From IMG/VR virus record IMGVR_UViG_3300009506_000044, positions 1 through 52,914 of that record: DNA of 52,914 nt, one strand, 5' to 3'. Below the pieces are notes generated by a model. That model made no database searches, was not told the DNA's origin, and worked only from the letters and a program-made list of their open reading frames with translations. The position numbers were made by a program, and so were the translations under genes. The DNA comes from a virus (Duplodnaviria > Caudoviricetes). Of this stretch, positions 1 through 8,723 are shown in pieces (position 1 is the stretch's first letter; each line of letters begins with the position of its first letter).

Positions 1-94
1 GCACCTTTAAGTCATTGTATTTGTTTGTTTAACGAAAATATATATCCGCTAGTACAACATTTTTTAGGACATTGGGTATTTTTGGGGAAATAGG

Positions 95-2521
95 GTGCCA
101 AAGCCTAAACCGCGAGAGATGATAGGAATGACGCAATCTGCTAAGATAATAGGCGTTACAAGAAAGACGGTTCGCAGTTGGATGGAGTCTGGAAAGGTTG
201 AAGGCAAAAAGATAAAGCGAGGCAATGGCGAGGCATGGATGGCCTACAAAGATTCAGTATTGGTTGTGGCGGCTGAACGCGCAAAACCGACGTTTGCGTT
301 AGAGAATGCGATAAAAGATCCGGAACCGGAACCTAAAAAAAAGAAGCGGCCGGGAAACGAAAGCAAGTACGAGCGTCACAGGGCCAAGATGGCGGAGGTC
401 AGTGCGGAGGAATCAAAGCGCACAAGGAATATACACCCTATCCCCGCGTGCAGCGACCCGGAATTACGAGAGGCATTGCGGCTGGATCTTCTCGGATTTC
501 TCGAAAAGGCGTTCCCGGAGACGTTTTATCTTGGATGGTCTGAAGATCAAATTGAAATTATATCAGAGGTGCAACGCACCATCCTTCATGGCGGCATGAA
601 AGGTATAACGATGCCTCGACATGGAGGGAAAACGTCTATTTCGCGTGGCGCTGTTTTGTGGGCCACATTGTACGCGCATAGGAAATTTGTGGTGGCAATC
701 GCCAGCGAACAGGAAAAGGCCGACATGATCGTAGAGCAAATAAAATTGCTGCTAGAGACTAATACGTTGATATGCGGACTTTTTCCGGAGGTGTCTTATC
801 CAATTCGCAGGCTTGAGGGGATATCGTCCCGCGCTCGCGCCCAGCATCTTAACGGCGCTCTGACGCGCATAAAATGGGGAACCTCCAAGATTATATATCC
901 GACGATACTCGATGCGCCTACGTCTGGAACGATTGTCTGCGGTGCAGGGATAACGTCTTCGAAATTGCGTGGCATTTGCCACGTTCTCACCACGGGGGAA
1001 ACCATCCGACCAGATTTTTTCATTGCGGACGATTGCCAGGACGACAGCGTTGCCGCCAGTCCTATACAGTGCCAGGCACGTGAAAAGAAAATCATGGGCG
1101 CAATAAAAGGCATGGCGGGCCCTGGGAAAAAAATGTCAGGGTTTAACTTGTGTACTGTCATATATGAAGATGATTTGACAAGCCGTATTTTAAAACGACC
1201 GGAGTGGCACGGCAAAATATATTCTATCCTGAAGTCTCTTCCGAAAAACCTGATCATGTGGGAGAAGGACTATCGTGATTTGTGGCTGAAATCCCTTAAA
1301 GAACGCAAGGATATATCGTTAGCCAGCGAATTTTATCGCGCCAACAAGGAAAAAATGAGCGAAGGCGCGGAGGTGTCATGGAAGGAGGATTATGAGCCGG
1401 GAGAGACGGACGCGCTAGAGCACGCAATGCTGTTGTATATCAGCGATGAGGAAGTGTTTTGGGCCGAGTACATGAATCGCCCGAAGCCGCGTATTGTCCT
1501 GACCGACAGGCAACTGACGCCTGACGATATTTACAAATGCGCCGTGGGGATCGGTCGCGGCGAGGTGCCGGTGAGCACCGTCGAATTGACCGCGTTTATT
1601 GATGTTCACGATGGCCTGTTGTTTTGGATGGTGTGCGCTCTATCGCAGGATTTCAGTGGTGGGCCGATAGATTACGGTTCGTTTCCAGAGCAACCTATGG
1701 ATTATTACACGCTGTCAAACGCAAAACGCAAGTTTGACCTGTCCAGGGGAATCGAAGCTTCTCTTTATGATGCCCTTAAAGATTTAGTGGGACAGTTGAT
1801 GTCAAAAGATTGGGTCAGGGAACACGGCGGGACGGCAAAAATATCGAGAATCTCTATTGACGCTGGGTGGATGACGGATATCGTGTACCAGTTCATTAGG
1901 GAATCCGACTATGCTCCGATCCTGTTGCCGAGTAATGGCAAATTTTTCGGTGCCGCGTCTAATCCAATTTCTAGCTGGCAGCAACATGAAGGCGAGCGGC
2001 ACGGCCTGAATTATATAATTTCCCTGCGAGGTAAACATAAACAGTACCATATCGTGTTTGACGCCAACTGGTGGAAGGATTTCGTATTTCAGCGTATCCT
2101 GACGCACCGTGGCAATCCGGGGGGGATGACCATTTTCGGCAAAAAACCGGAGGCTCACCAAATGCTCGCGGACCATCTCACGTCGGAGACTCGCCATAAA
2201 ATTGAAGGCAGGGGCCGCGTAGTGTACGAGTACCGGATATTACCGAACAGGGAGAACCATCTTTTCGATTGCCTGGTAGGCTGCTACGTGGCGGGGTCCA
2301 TCCAGGGGTGCGTGCTATCGAAAGAGGCGCAGCGTAGTGGCGAGGAATCGCAGGCTGCGGAGAAAAAAGCGGACGACGCCAGGGCTCGCGAGGTGCTAGA
2401 CGCGATCGACCGCCAGAGGAAGGCGGCGCGGGAGAAATCAGCGGAGTCGGCCGGCACGGTGCCGGTGCGGCCTGTTTCGAGGGGTGTAGTGTATTCGGCC
2501 CGACGGGCCAGGGGGGTGTGA
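95..2521 (+). CDS. Terminase large subunit (GpA-like) with N-terminal HTH extension
   Basis: Walker A-like MPRHGGKT, Walker B-like FIADD, nuclease motifs FIDVH and NHLFDCLVG. First gene of a lambda-like head module. Confidence 0.9.
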   Translation: MPKPKPREMIGMTQSAKIIGVTRKTVRSWMESGKVEGKKIKRGNGEAWMAYKDSVLVVAAERAKPTFALENAIKDPEPEPKKKKRPGNESKYERHRAKMAEVSAEESKRTRNIHPIPACSDPELREALRLDLLGFLEKAFPETFYLGWSEDQIEIISEVQRTILHGGMKGITMPRHGGKTSISRGAVLWATLYAHRKFVVAIASEQEKADMIVEQIKLLLETNTLICGLFPEVSYPIRRLEGISSRARAQHLNGALTRIKWGTSKIIYPTILDAPTSGTIVCGAGITSSKLRGICHVLTTGETIRPDFFIADDCQDDSVAASPIQCQAREKKIMGAIKGMAGPGKKMSGFNLCTVIYEDDLTSRILKRPEWHGKIYSILKSLPKNLIMWEKDYRDLWLKSLKERKDISLASEFYRANKEKMSEGAEVSWKEDYEPGETDALEHAMLLYISDEEVFWAEYMNRPKPRIVLTDRQLTPDDIYKCAVGIGRGEVPVSTVELTAFIDVHDGLLFWMVCALSQDFSGGPIDYGSFPEQPMDYYTLSNAKRKFDLSRGIEASLYDALKDLVGQLMSKDWVREHGGTAKISRISIDAGWMTDIVYQFIRESDYAPILLPSNGKFFGAASNPISSWQQHEGERHGLNYIISLRGKHKQYHIVFDANWWKDFVFQRILTHRGNPGGMTIFGKKPEAHQMLADHLTSETRHKIEGRGRVVYEYRILPNRENHLFDCLVGCYVAGSIQGCVLSKEAQRSGEESQAAEKKADDARAREVLDAIDRQRKAAREKSAESAGTVPVRPVSRGVVYSARRARGV

Positions 2522-2745
2522 TCATGGCGGACAACGGTAATAAGCGTCGCGTATACAGCGGTATTGTGCATGATTTTATGATGTTTCGGCACCAGTACAA
2601 TCTTACGCAGGAGGACTGTGCGCGGATCTTTCGAGTGAGGCAACCGGACGTGTGTAAATACGAAAGCGGCAAGGTTTTCCCTCCCGCAAGGGTCATCGGT
2701 CGCATGATGGAAATTATGCAGAATTACACGACGTGTGCGGAGTGA
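2518..2745 (+). CDS. XRE-family HTH protein
   Basis: LTQEDCARIFRVRQPDVCKYESGKVFP HTH pattern; overlaps the terL stop. Confidence 0.75.
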   Translation: MIMADNGNKRRVYSGIVHDFMMFRHQYNLTQEDCARIFRVRQPDVCKYESGKVFPPARVIGRMMEIMQNYTTCAE

Positions 2746-2897
2746 ATATCACGGTTACCTGGAGCGTCGAAGATGACTGCTTCATTGCTACGGCTGAAGG
2801 CACCGATTTAATAGGGTGTGGCGATACGGAAGCAGAAGCCGAAATGCATCTAAGAAACCATCTCTTGGATGAAAAAGAGACTCCCAGGAAAATTTGA
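2742..2897 (+). CDS. Small HicB-like protein (51 aa, not in ORF track)
   Basis: My translation from a GTGA overlap: MNITVTWSVEDDCFIATAEGTDLIGCGDTEAEAEMHL... resembles the HicB N-terminal WSxEDxxFIA...GDTxEEA pattern. Confidence 0.55.
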   Translation: MNITVTWSVEDDCFIATAEGTDLIGCGDTEAEAEMHLRNHLLDEKETPRKI

Positions 2898-2915
2898 AAA
2901 ACACGTTATTCACCC

Positions 2916-2944
2916 TTGATTTTTTATAATTAGCGCGCTATCTT
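2916..2944 (+). promoter_or_regulatory. Candidate sigma70 promoter for the tracrRNA/CRISPR module
   Basis: TTGATT-17 bp-TATCTT in an AT-rich intergenic region. Confidence 0.35.
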
Positions 2945-3041
2945 AATAATGTACACCTAGTTTTTAATGTGTCGTCACCATATAATGATTAGAGAAAATT
3001 TAGATATATAGATAAACAATTATGAATCACTTTACCACTAG

Positions 3042-3213
3042 CATGCCAGTAACAAAAAGTCGGGTGTCTGGTATGCGGGGCCAGTTACGAGGCCTAAAGC
3101 TGAGAAGGATCGCAGGTGGTGTCAACGTAAACCCTGCGGACGCTCGGCAAGCTCGTTATTCGAGGCACCTCCCACACGGGAGCATCACACGCCACCCGCA
3201 CCGTTTTTTGCGG
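3042..3213 (+). ncRNA. Cas12f-type tracrRNA (ends approximate)
   Basis: GGCC-AGTTACGA-GGCC hairpin whose loop GTTAC (3084-3088) is complementary to the repeat 3' end GTAAC. GCTGAGAAG...ACGCTCGGCAAG stem. Anti-repeat CATCACAC (3183-3190) is complementary to repeat GTGTGATG. Architecture recalls the AsCas12f1 tracrRNA. Confidence 0.8.
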
Positions 3214-3347
3214 TCGATCTTCAGTGCTGTTAAAAGCGCTGTTGATCGACTGCAAGTAGCGGCATTTTTGCATGTTGTTATGTATATGCCATTTGTGTTT
3301 TGTTCTATATGTTGTGATTTTTATGGGACCAATTAATATATATTGGA

Positions 3348-3573
3348 GTCCAAGACGAACTATAGTGTGATGGTAACCTGATGAGTAATGAAGAAATCGT
3401 TGAACAGAATTTAGTCCAAGATGAACTATAGTGTGATGGTAACCCCCAACAAACTGCCTGTGTGTGATCAAGGCCAGCCAAGTCCAAGACGAACTATAGT
3501 GTGATGGTAACTATACTGAAGACGATTACATGGAAATACATAGTGTTCCGTCCAAGATGAACTATAGTGTGAT
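3348..3573 (+). CRISPR. Mini CRISPR array, 4 repeats / 3 spacers
   Basis: 30-bp repeat GTCCAAGAYGAACTATAGTGTGATGGTAAC at 3348-3377, 3414-3443 and 3482-3511, truncated copy at 3550-3573. Unique spacers of 36, 38 and 38 bp. Confidence 0.95.
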
Positions 3574-3590
3574 TTGATGGAAAGAGTAAA

Positions 3591-4895
3591 TTGAAGTGCA
3601 TTAAATTCAGAATAATAAAGGATCGTGAGTTTCCTCGGCTGTTTACCCTGCTTGACAAGTATTCTTACGCGATTAGCAGGGTTAAAAACCTCGGAATGAG
3701 CAAGTTGTTCGTGCAGCATCATACCGAAATTATTCCTTTTTTAGATTCCGAGAAAGATAAAAATTTGCGAAAGGTGTTTCTCAGGGATCGTAAAAATGCG
3801 ATATCAAGGGATATATATGCAGACGCTGGAAATCTATACCCGTGGATGGTTTCTCATATTAAAGAGATGGCCGCGAAAGAGGTATGTGACAAATTCAAAT
3901 CGGACTGCAAGGAGGTGTGCTACTCGCTTAAAAAGTCTCTCGCATCATTTCGTCGGGATGGTTCTTTTTCTATGAGGTCGCGCAATTGCAAGTTTGTCCG
4001 CGTCGCGGACGATATTTTCCTTGAGACGAATCTGTTGTCAAAATCAACAAAGGCGCTGTCTGAGGTATGCGAAAAACCAAATAAAGACGAGGAATTTCCA
4101 AAAAAATTCAAACTTTTGTTGGCAACGCGAAACTTGAAAAATGGCCATCGTCAGGACTTAAAACGCATATTGTCAGGTGAATCAAAATTCGGTTCTCCTC
4201 GTTTCGTCAAGTCTAAAAACGGATACGATTTGATTGTACCGTTCGAACAACAAAAGGCGGAGGCGCAAACAGGCCTAACGATTGGTATAGACCTTGGTGT
4301 TAAATGCGCGTTTTATGGCGCGTCTGTTGACTCTTGGAAGCGCATCAAGCCTGAAGACACACATGAAATATACGCTAAAGCGATGCAATTCAAGAAGCGG
4401 CGCAAACAATATCAAAAGCAAGCAAAAGTTTCAAATCGAAGTGGACGTGGTAGGCGCCATGTGTTGAGACCGTTAGAAAAACTTAGCACATCCGAACGTT
4501 ATTTTAGAGAGACGAAGTACAAGCAATGGGTGCGAATGATCATTGATTTTTGCTTAAATTATGGATTTTCGGTAATCGTCTTGGAAGACCTTAATAATCT
4601 AAAAAAAGACAACGCCTTAATTGCTAAATGGGCGCCGTTTAAGTTTCAAGAGTTGTTGATTTTAAAGGCATCTGAGTTCGGAATAGATGTTTTAGTGATA
4701 AATCCTGCGGATTCCTCCAGGCGTTGCTCATGGTGTGGATATACAGCGGCAGAAAACCGTGTTTCGCGTGATTGGTTTCTATGTAAGCAATGCGGAAAAA
4801 AGGCCGATGCAGACCACAATGCCGCAAGAAATTTGAGTTCGCCGCTTTTTTATCAGGGAAGAATGTCTTCTGGTGTTTGCGAGGAAATATTCTAG
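3591..4895 (+). CDS. cas12f: Cas12f (type V-F, TnpB-related) RNA-guided nuclease
   Basis: RuvC I IGIDLG, RuvC II VLEDL, Zn ribbon CSWCG...CKQCG, RuvC III DADHNAARN; 434 aa; adjacent to the array and tracr-like RNA. Confidence 0.85.
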   Translation: MKCIKFRIIKDREFPRLFTLLDKYSYAISRVKNLGMSKLFVQHHTEIIPFLDSEKDKNLRKVFLRDRKNAISRDIYADAGNLYPWMVSHIKEMAAKEVCDKFKSDCKEVCYSLKKSLASFRRDGSFSMRSRNCKFVRVADDIFLETNLLSKSTKALSEVCEKPNKDEEFPKKFKLLLATRNLKNGHRQDLKRILSGESKFGSPRFVKSKNGYDLIVPFEQQKAEAQTGLTIGIDLGVKCAFYGASVDSWKRIKPEDTHEIYAKAMQFKKRRKQYQKQAKVSNRSGRGRRHVLRPLEKLSTSERYFRETKYKQWVRMIIDFCLNYGFSVIVLEDLNNLKKDNALIAKWAPFKFQELLILKASEFGIDVLVINPADSSRRCSWCGYTAAENRVSRDWFLCKQCGKKADADHNAARNLSSPLFYQGRMSSGVCEEIF

Positions 4896-5030
4896 AAAAT
4901 AAACTTTCCACGTCACAATTCACCCACAATTTACCCGCCTAGCGAACCATCCTATATTACACCCTATACCAAAATTAGCACATCTCATTTGACGTGATAT
5001 GCTTATGACAATCCTATAGGGGGTTGTCAT

Positions 5031-5249
5031 ATGGCAATTTTGACCCGTGCAGAACTTCTCGAAGACGTCCAGACGGCCATCGTTGCTGTCCTTGCCGGCG
5101 CGCAGGAATATACGATTGCAGGCCGGACATACAAACGGCCGGACCTAAAAACCCTGCGCGAATACGAGCGGCAACTGATAGCCGAGTACGAGCAGGAACA
5201 AAACAGCAGCGGCGGGATACGCCAGATTCGAGCGTACCCGTGGCGTTGA
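5031..5249 (+). CDS. Head-tail joining protein (gpW-like)
   Basis: 72 aa, QEYTIAGRTYKRPDLKTL, immediately before the portal gene. Confidence 0.75.
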   Translation: MAILTRAELLEDVQTAIVAVLAGAQEYTIAGRTYKRPDLKTLREYERQLIAEYEQEQNSSGGIRQIRAYPWR

Positions 5250-6853
5250 TGGATCGCCTTATTACCTCGATCTCTCCGACGTGGGGCCTGCGTCGTGCCC
5301 GTGCGCGTGCAGCCCTGCAGGTGATGGCATCCGCAGGCTTCACGCCGGACTCCGCGTACAATTCCGCCACCACCAACCTCCGATCTCTCGCCACCTGGCT
5401 CCCCGGCCGGTCGTCCGCAATGGGCGAACTCACCGACGCTACGCGCAACCAGCAGATAGCGCGCAGCTCAGACAGCTACAAAAACAACGCTATCGCTACG
5501 GCCGTGATCAAACGCAACAAAACCTGTGTGGTCGGCACCGGACTGCGCCTGCAATCACGCATAGATTATCGAACGCTCGGTATAACGCGGGAGCAGGCGA
5601 GCGAAAAACAGCGCGAAATTGAAACACTTTTCCGCGTCTGGGCAGAAAGCCCGGACGAATGCGACCTTGAGCGTTCCTTAGATTTCTACTCACTGCAAGC
5701 CACTATTTTAGTGTCATCCTTGGTTTCTGGTGATCTATTCTGCCTTACACCAGTTATTCGATATCCCGGCCGGTCTTTCTCGCTAAAACTCCAGGCGATT
5801 GAGGCCGACCGGGTATCGAACCCCCATTCCACATTCGACACGAAAAAATGCAAGGGCGGCATTGACTTGGGGGCAAATGGCGAGCCCGTTGGTGTGTGGA
5901 TCATGGAGGACCATCCGAACGAGTTTTGCGAGGGCTCGCATCCTTACAGGTGGCGCCGACACGCGGTGTTTGGCCCCAGAACCGGTAGGCGCCGCGTTCT
6001 ACAGATATTCGAAAAAGACCGGCCGCAGGCGTACCGTGGCTGTGTGTACCTCTCCCCTGTGATGGAGACGTTAAAGCAGATCAGCAGATACAAGGATTCA
6101 GAACTGATGGCCGCCCTGATCGCCTCATTCTTCACGGTCTTCATCAAATCTACCAAGCCAGTCTCGCCCTACGGTGGCGCGCCGTCATCCGTGCTCACCG
6201 CCAGCACTTACGGCGTCGAGACGAACGCGAACGCCAGTGACGAATACGCGCTCGGCGAGGGCCTGATCAACGTCATGGGTCCGGATCAGGACATCCAGAT
6301 AGCCGACCCGCACCGCCCCAATAAGGACGCCGCCGGATTTATTGATCTCCAGTTACGCGAAATTGGCAGCGCACTTGAGATCCCGTTTGAAATTCTAACC
6401 CAACGTTTTCAGAGCAGCTACAGCGCCGCAAGGGCAGCCCTCATCGAAGCGTGGCGTTATTTCCTGGTTCGTCGTGCGCAGCTTCGTTTGCAGTTGTGCC
6501 AACCGTCATACGAATTGTTTTTCGATGAGGTTGTCGCCTCCGGTGTCTACAGCGCTCCCGGATATTCCGACCCGCTGAAACGTGCCGCATGGACACGCGC
6601 CTCATGGGTTGGCCCGTCGCGTGGTTCCATCGATGAACTCAAGGCGGCCAAGTCCAGCACGGAGCGGATGAATAACGGAACGTCGAACGAGGCTATCGAA
6701 TGCGATGAGATGGCGAGAGATCGCGATGAGGTTTTCGCCCAACGGGCATACGAAATGCAAACCCGACGTGATGCCGGGATGGATACGAATTATGACGCAA
6801 CCCAGACAAATTCATCAGTGCCTGACGAATACGCCGTTGCTACTCGCGACTGA
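5249..6853 (+). CDS. Portal protein, lambda family
   Basis: VVGTGLRLQSRID, SYSAARAALIE, WVGPSRGSID motifs. Start moved to the ATG overlapping the gpW stop. Confidence 0.92.
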   Translation: MDRLITSISPTWGLRRARARAALQVMASAGFTPDSAYNSATTNLRSLATWLPGRSSAMGELTDATRNQQIARSSDSYKNNAIATAVIKRNKTCVVGTGLRLQSRIDYRTLGITREQASEKQREIETLFRVWAESPDECDLERSLDFYSLQATILVSSLVSGDLFCLTPVIRYPGRSFSLKLQAIEADRVSNPHSTFDTKKCKGGIDLGANGEPVGVWIMEDHPNEFCEGSHPYRWRRHAVFGPRTGRRRVLQIFEKDRPQAYRGCVYLSPVMETLKQISRYKDSELMAALIASFFTVFIKSTKPVSPYGGAPSSVLTASTYGVETNANASDEYALGEGLINVMGPDQDIQIADPHRPNKDAAGFIDLQLREIGSALEIPFEILTQRFQSSYSAARAALIEAWRYFLVRRAQLRLQLCQPSYELFFDEVVASGVYSAPGYSDPLKRAAWTRASWVGPSRGSIDELKAAKSSTERMNNGTSNEAIECDEMARDRDEVFAQRAYEMQTRRDAGMDTNYDATQTNSSVPDEYAVATRD

Positions 6854-8051
6854 CGCAATCACGGAGTTATTCCGTCGTGTCGAGGCGAATGTCATCGAGG
6901 AAGGCATGGCAGCGGAGGTGTTTGATTGGGGATACCGTATCGAAAACAATACCGGCATCCTGCCGATCCGTGGAGCCCTGGCGCAACGACCGGACCTAAT
7001 CCATATGTATCTGGGCGGGTCGTCGGTTGACATGCTCGCGCAGCATTTCCAGGAACTCATGGCCGATAACTCTGTCGGGCGCATCGTTCTCGACATTGAT
7101 TCTCCCGGTGGGTATGTGTCGCCAATTGCTGAATTCGCCAGTCAAATTTTCGCCGCCCGTGACAAAAAAGAGATTATCGCCGTCGTAAATTCATCCGCAT
7201 TTTCCGCCGCCTATTGGATTGCATCCGCAGCGAAAGAGATCGTGATGAACGACGCCACGGCGGCGGCCGGTTCCGTGGGCGTCTATATCGCACACGTTGA
7301 TATTTCGAAACGCGAAGAGAAGTGGGGCTATAAGACCACGGAAATCACCGCCGGCAAATACAAAGCCGTCGGGTCGCCATACAAGCCACTCTCGGACGAA
7401 GGGCGAGCTACATACCAGGAGAGAGCGAATTATTTCTACGAGATGTTCGTCAACGCCGTTGCGGAGTATCGAAATTTAGATTTAACGGCCCTGGAAACAT
7501 GGGCCGATGGGAAAATTTTTATCGGCCAGCAGGCAATAGATGTCGGTTTGGCTGATCGTATTGGAAGTTTTACATCTGTTATAGGAGCGAATCTTATGAC
7601 TGAACCTCAAATCGCCGCTACGCCTCCGGTGCAGGCTCCGAACATCACGGAGGCATACCTAGCGGCGAACCACCCCCAGTTGCTCGCCGGCATAAAAACG
7701 GCCTCATACGAGGACGGCCTGAAAGCCGGAATCGAGCAGGGGGAGAAAAAAGAGCGTGCCCGTGTGCTCGCCATCGAAGCGCTTGAAAAATCCCCAGTAT
7801 ACGAAGGGTTTTCGGACGTTTTTGCGAAAGCCAAAGCCGAGGGGCTGACCAAGTCGCAGACCAACGAATTGCTGGTGTCGGCGCAGATGGAACGTGGTAT
7901 CAAACAGCACGACATCCGTCAGGACGCAACGCAAGCAGGACAGTATTCCGGTGGAGCAAAAACCGGCGACGAACTGGACGAACCGGAGACGCAGGCAATG
8001 TTGAAAAACGCTGTTGACGCCGTCTTCCAGAAGAAAGGAGGGCGACGCTAA
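6792..8051 (+). CDS. Head maturation protease (S49) with C-terminal scaffold
   Basis: LDIDSPGG, SAAYWIASAA, GSVGV, AGKYK. Probable nested scaffold (Nu3-like) start at ATG 7596 after AGGAG. Confidence 0.9.
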   Translation: MTQPRQIHQCLTNTPLLLATDAITELFRRVEANVIEEGMAAEVFDWGYRIENNTGILPIRGALAQRPDLIHMYLGGSSVDMLAQHFQELMADNSVGRIVLDIDSPGGYVSPIAEFASQIFAARDKKEIIAVVNSSAFSAAYWIASAAKEIVMNDATAAAGSVGVYIAHVDISKREEKWGYKTTEITAGKYKAVGSPYKPLSDEGRATYQERANYFYEMFVNAVAEYRNLDLTALETWADGKIFIGQQAIDVGLADRIGSFTSVIGANLMTEPQIAATPPVQAPNITEAYLAANHPQLLAGIKTASYEDGLKAGIEQGEKKERARVLAIEALEKSPVYEGFSDVFAKAKAEGLTKSQTNELLVSAQMERGIKQHDIRQDATQAGQYSGGAKTGDELDEPETQAMLKNAVDAVFQKKGGRR

Positions 8052-8710
8052 TGGCAACCTCATGGTTAACAACTGACGCCCAAAGCTACGACCACGTTAT
8101 CGTGAAAGCGGAACGCTACGAAAAGGTGCTCGTGGCCAGTGGCGAAGATCTCATCACCGGCAGCGTTATGGGCGCCGCCTGGGTGTCGTGTGCGACGCAA
8201 GGCACAGCCGGCGTGAGCAATACCGGCACGGGTGTATGCGTGACAGCGTTTCCTGGATCGAAAGTCAAGCTCGGCACGTATGAAATCACCTGCACTGTCG
8301 AGGCGTCCGGGACGTTCCAGATCAAAGATCCCGAAGATGGGTTGATGCCAAACGCGACGGCCGGAACGCCGTACACCAGCGATCAGATCAACTTTTCGCT
8401 TGTGACCGCCGCCACGGGCTGGGAAACCGGTGATGCTTTTACCATCGCGGTGTCCGAAATTACCGACCCTGCGGCCCTGCAGCACAAACTATCTGTCAGC
8501 ACCGCGACGGACGGCAGTCAAACCGCCGTTGGAGTGGCCGGCGCGGTGATTTCCGGCAGTGGTGGCGCTGTCACCGGTATCATGCTAAAACGTGGCGTTG
8601 CGGATCAAAACGCGTTGACATTTGGCAGCGGACACACGGCCAACACCGTGCGCGCCGATCTGCGAAAAGTCGGAATTGACCTTGTACCGTCCGTGACGGC
8701 AACCGTATAA
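8051..8710 (+). CDS. Head decoration protein (gpD-like)
   Basis: Position between protease and capsid; DGSQTAVGV...LRKVGI motif. Confidence 0.75.
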   Translation: MATSWLTTDAQSYDHVIVKAERYEKVLVASGEDLITGSVMGAAWVSCATQGTAGVSNTGTGVCVTAFPGSKVKLGTYEITCTVEASGTFQIKDPEDGLMPNATAGTPYTSDQINFSLVTAATGWETGDAFTIAVSEITDPAALQHKLSVSTATDGSQTAVGVAGAVISGSGGAVTGIMLKRGVADQNALTFGSGHTANTVRADLRKVGIDLVPSVTATV

Positions 8711-8723
8711 GGAGGAAACAGTT

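Noticed and set aside
3022-3722. ORFs 3022-3336, 3094-3471, 3305-3487 and 3468-3722
   Set aside because: They overlap the tracrRNA and array, and several translate the repeats; spurious.
3591-4895. IS200/IS605 transposon TnpB
   Set aside because: No tnpA or clear IS ends; the adjacent array and tracr-like anti-repeats favour Cas12f.
5024-5248. Long N-terminal ORF-track extensions (portal 5024; also 37250, 39145, 41672, 43663, 45271)
   Set aside because: They overlap upstream genes; downstream starts have an RBS or stop-start coupling.
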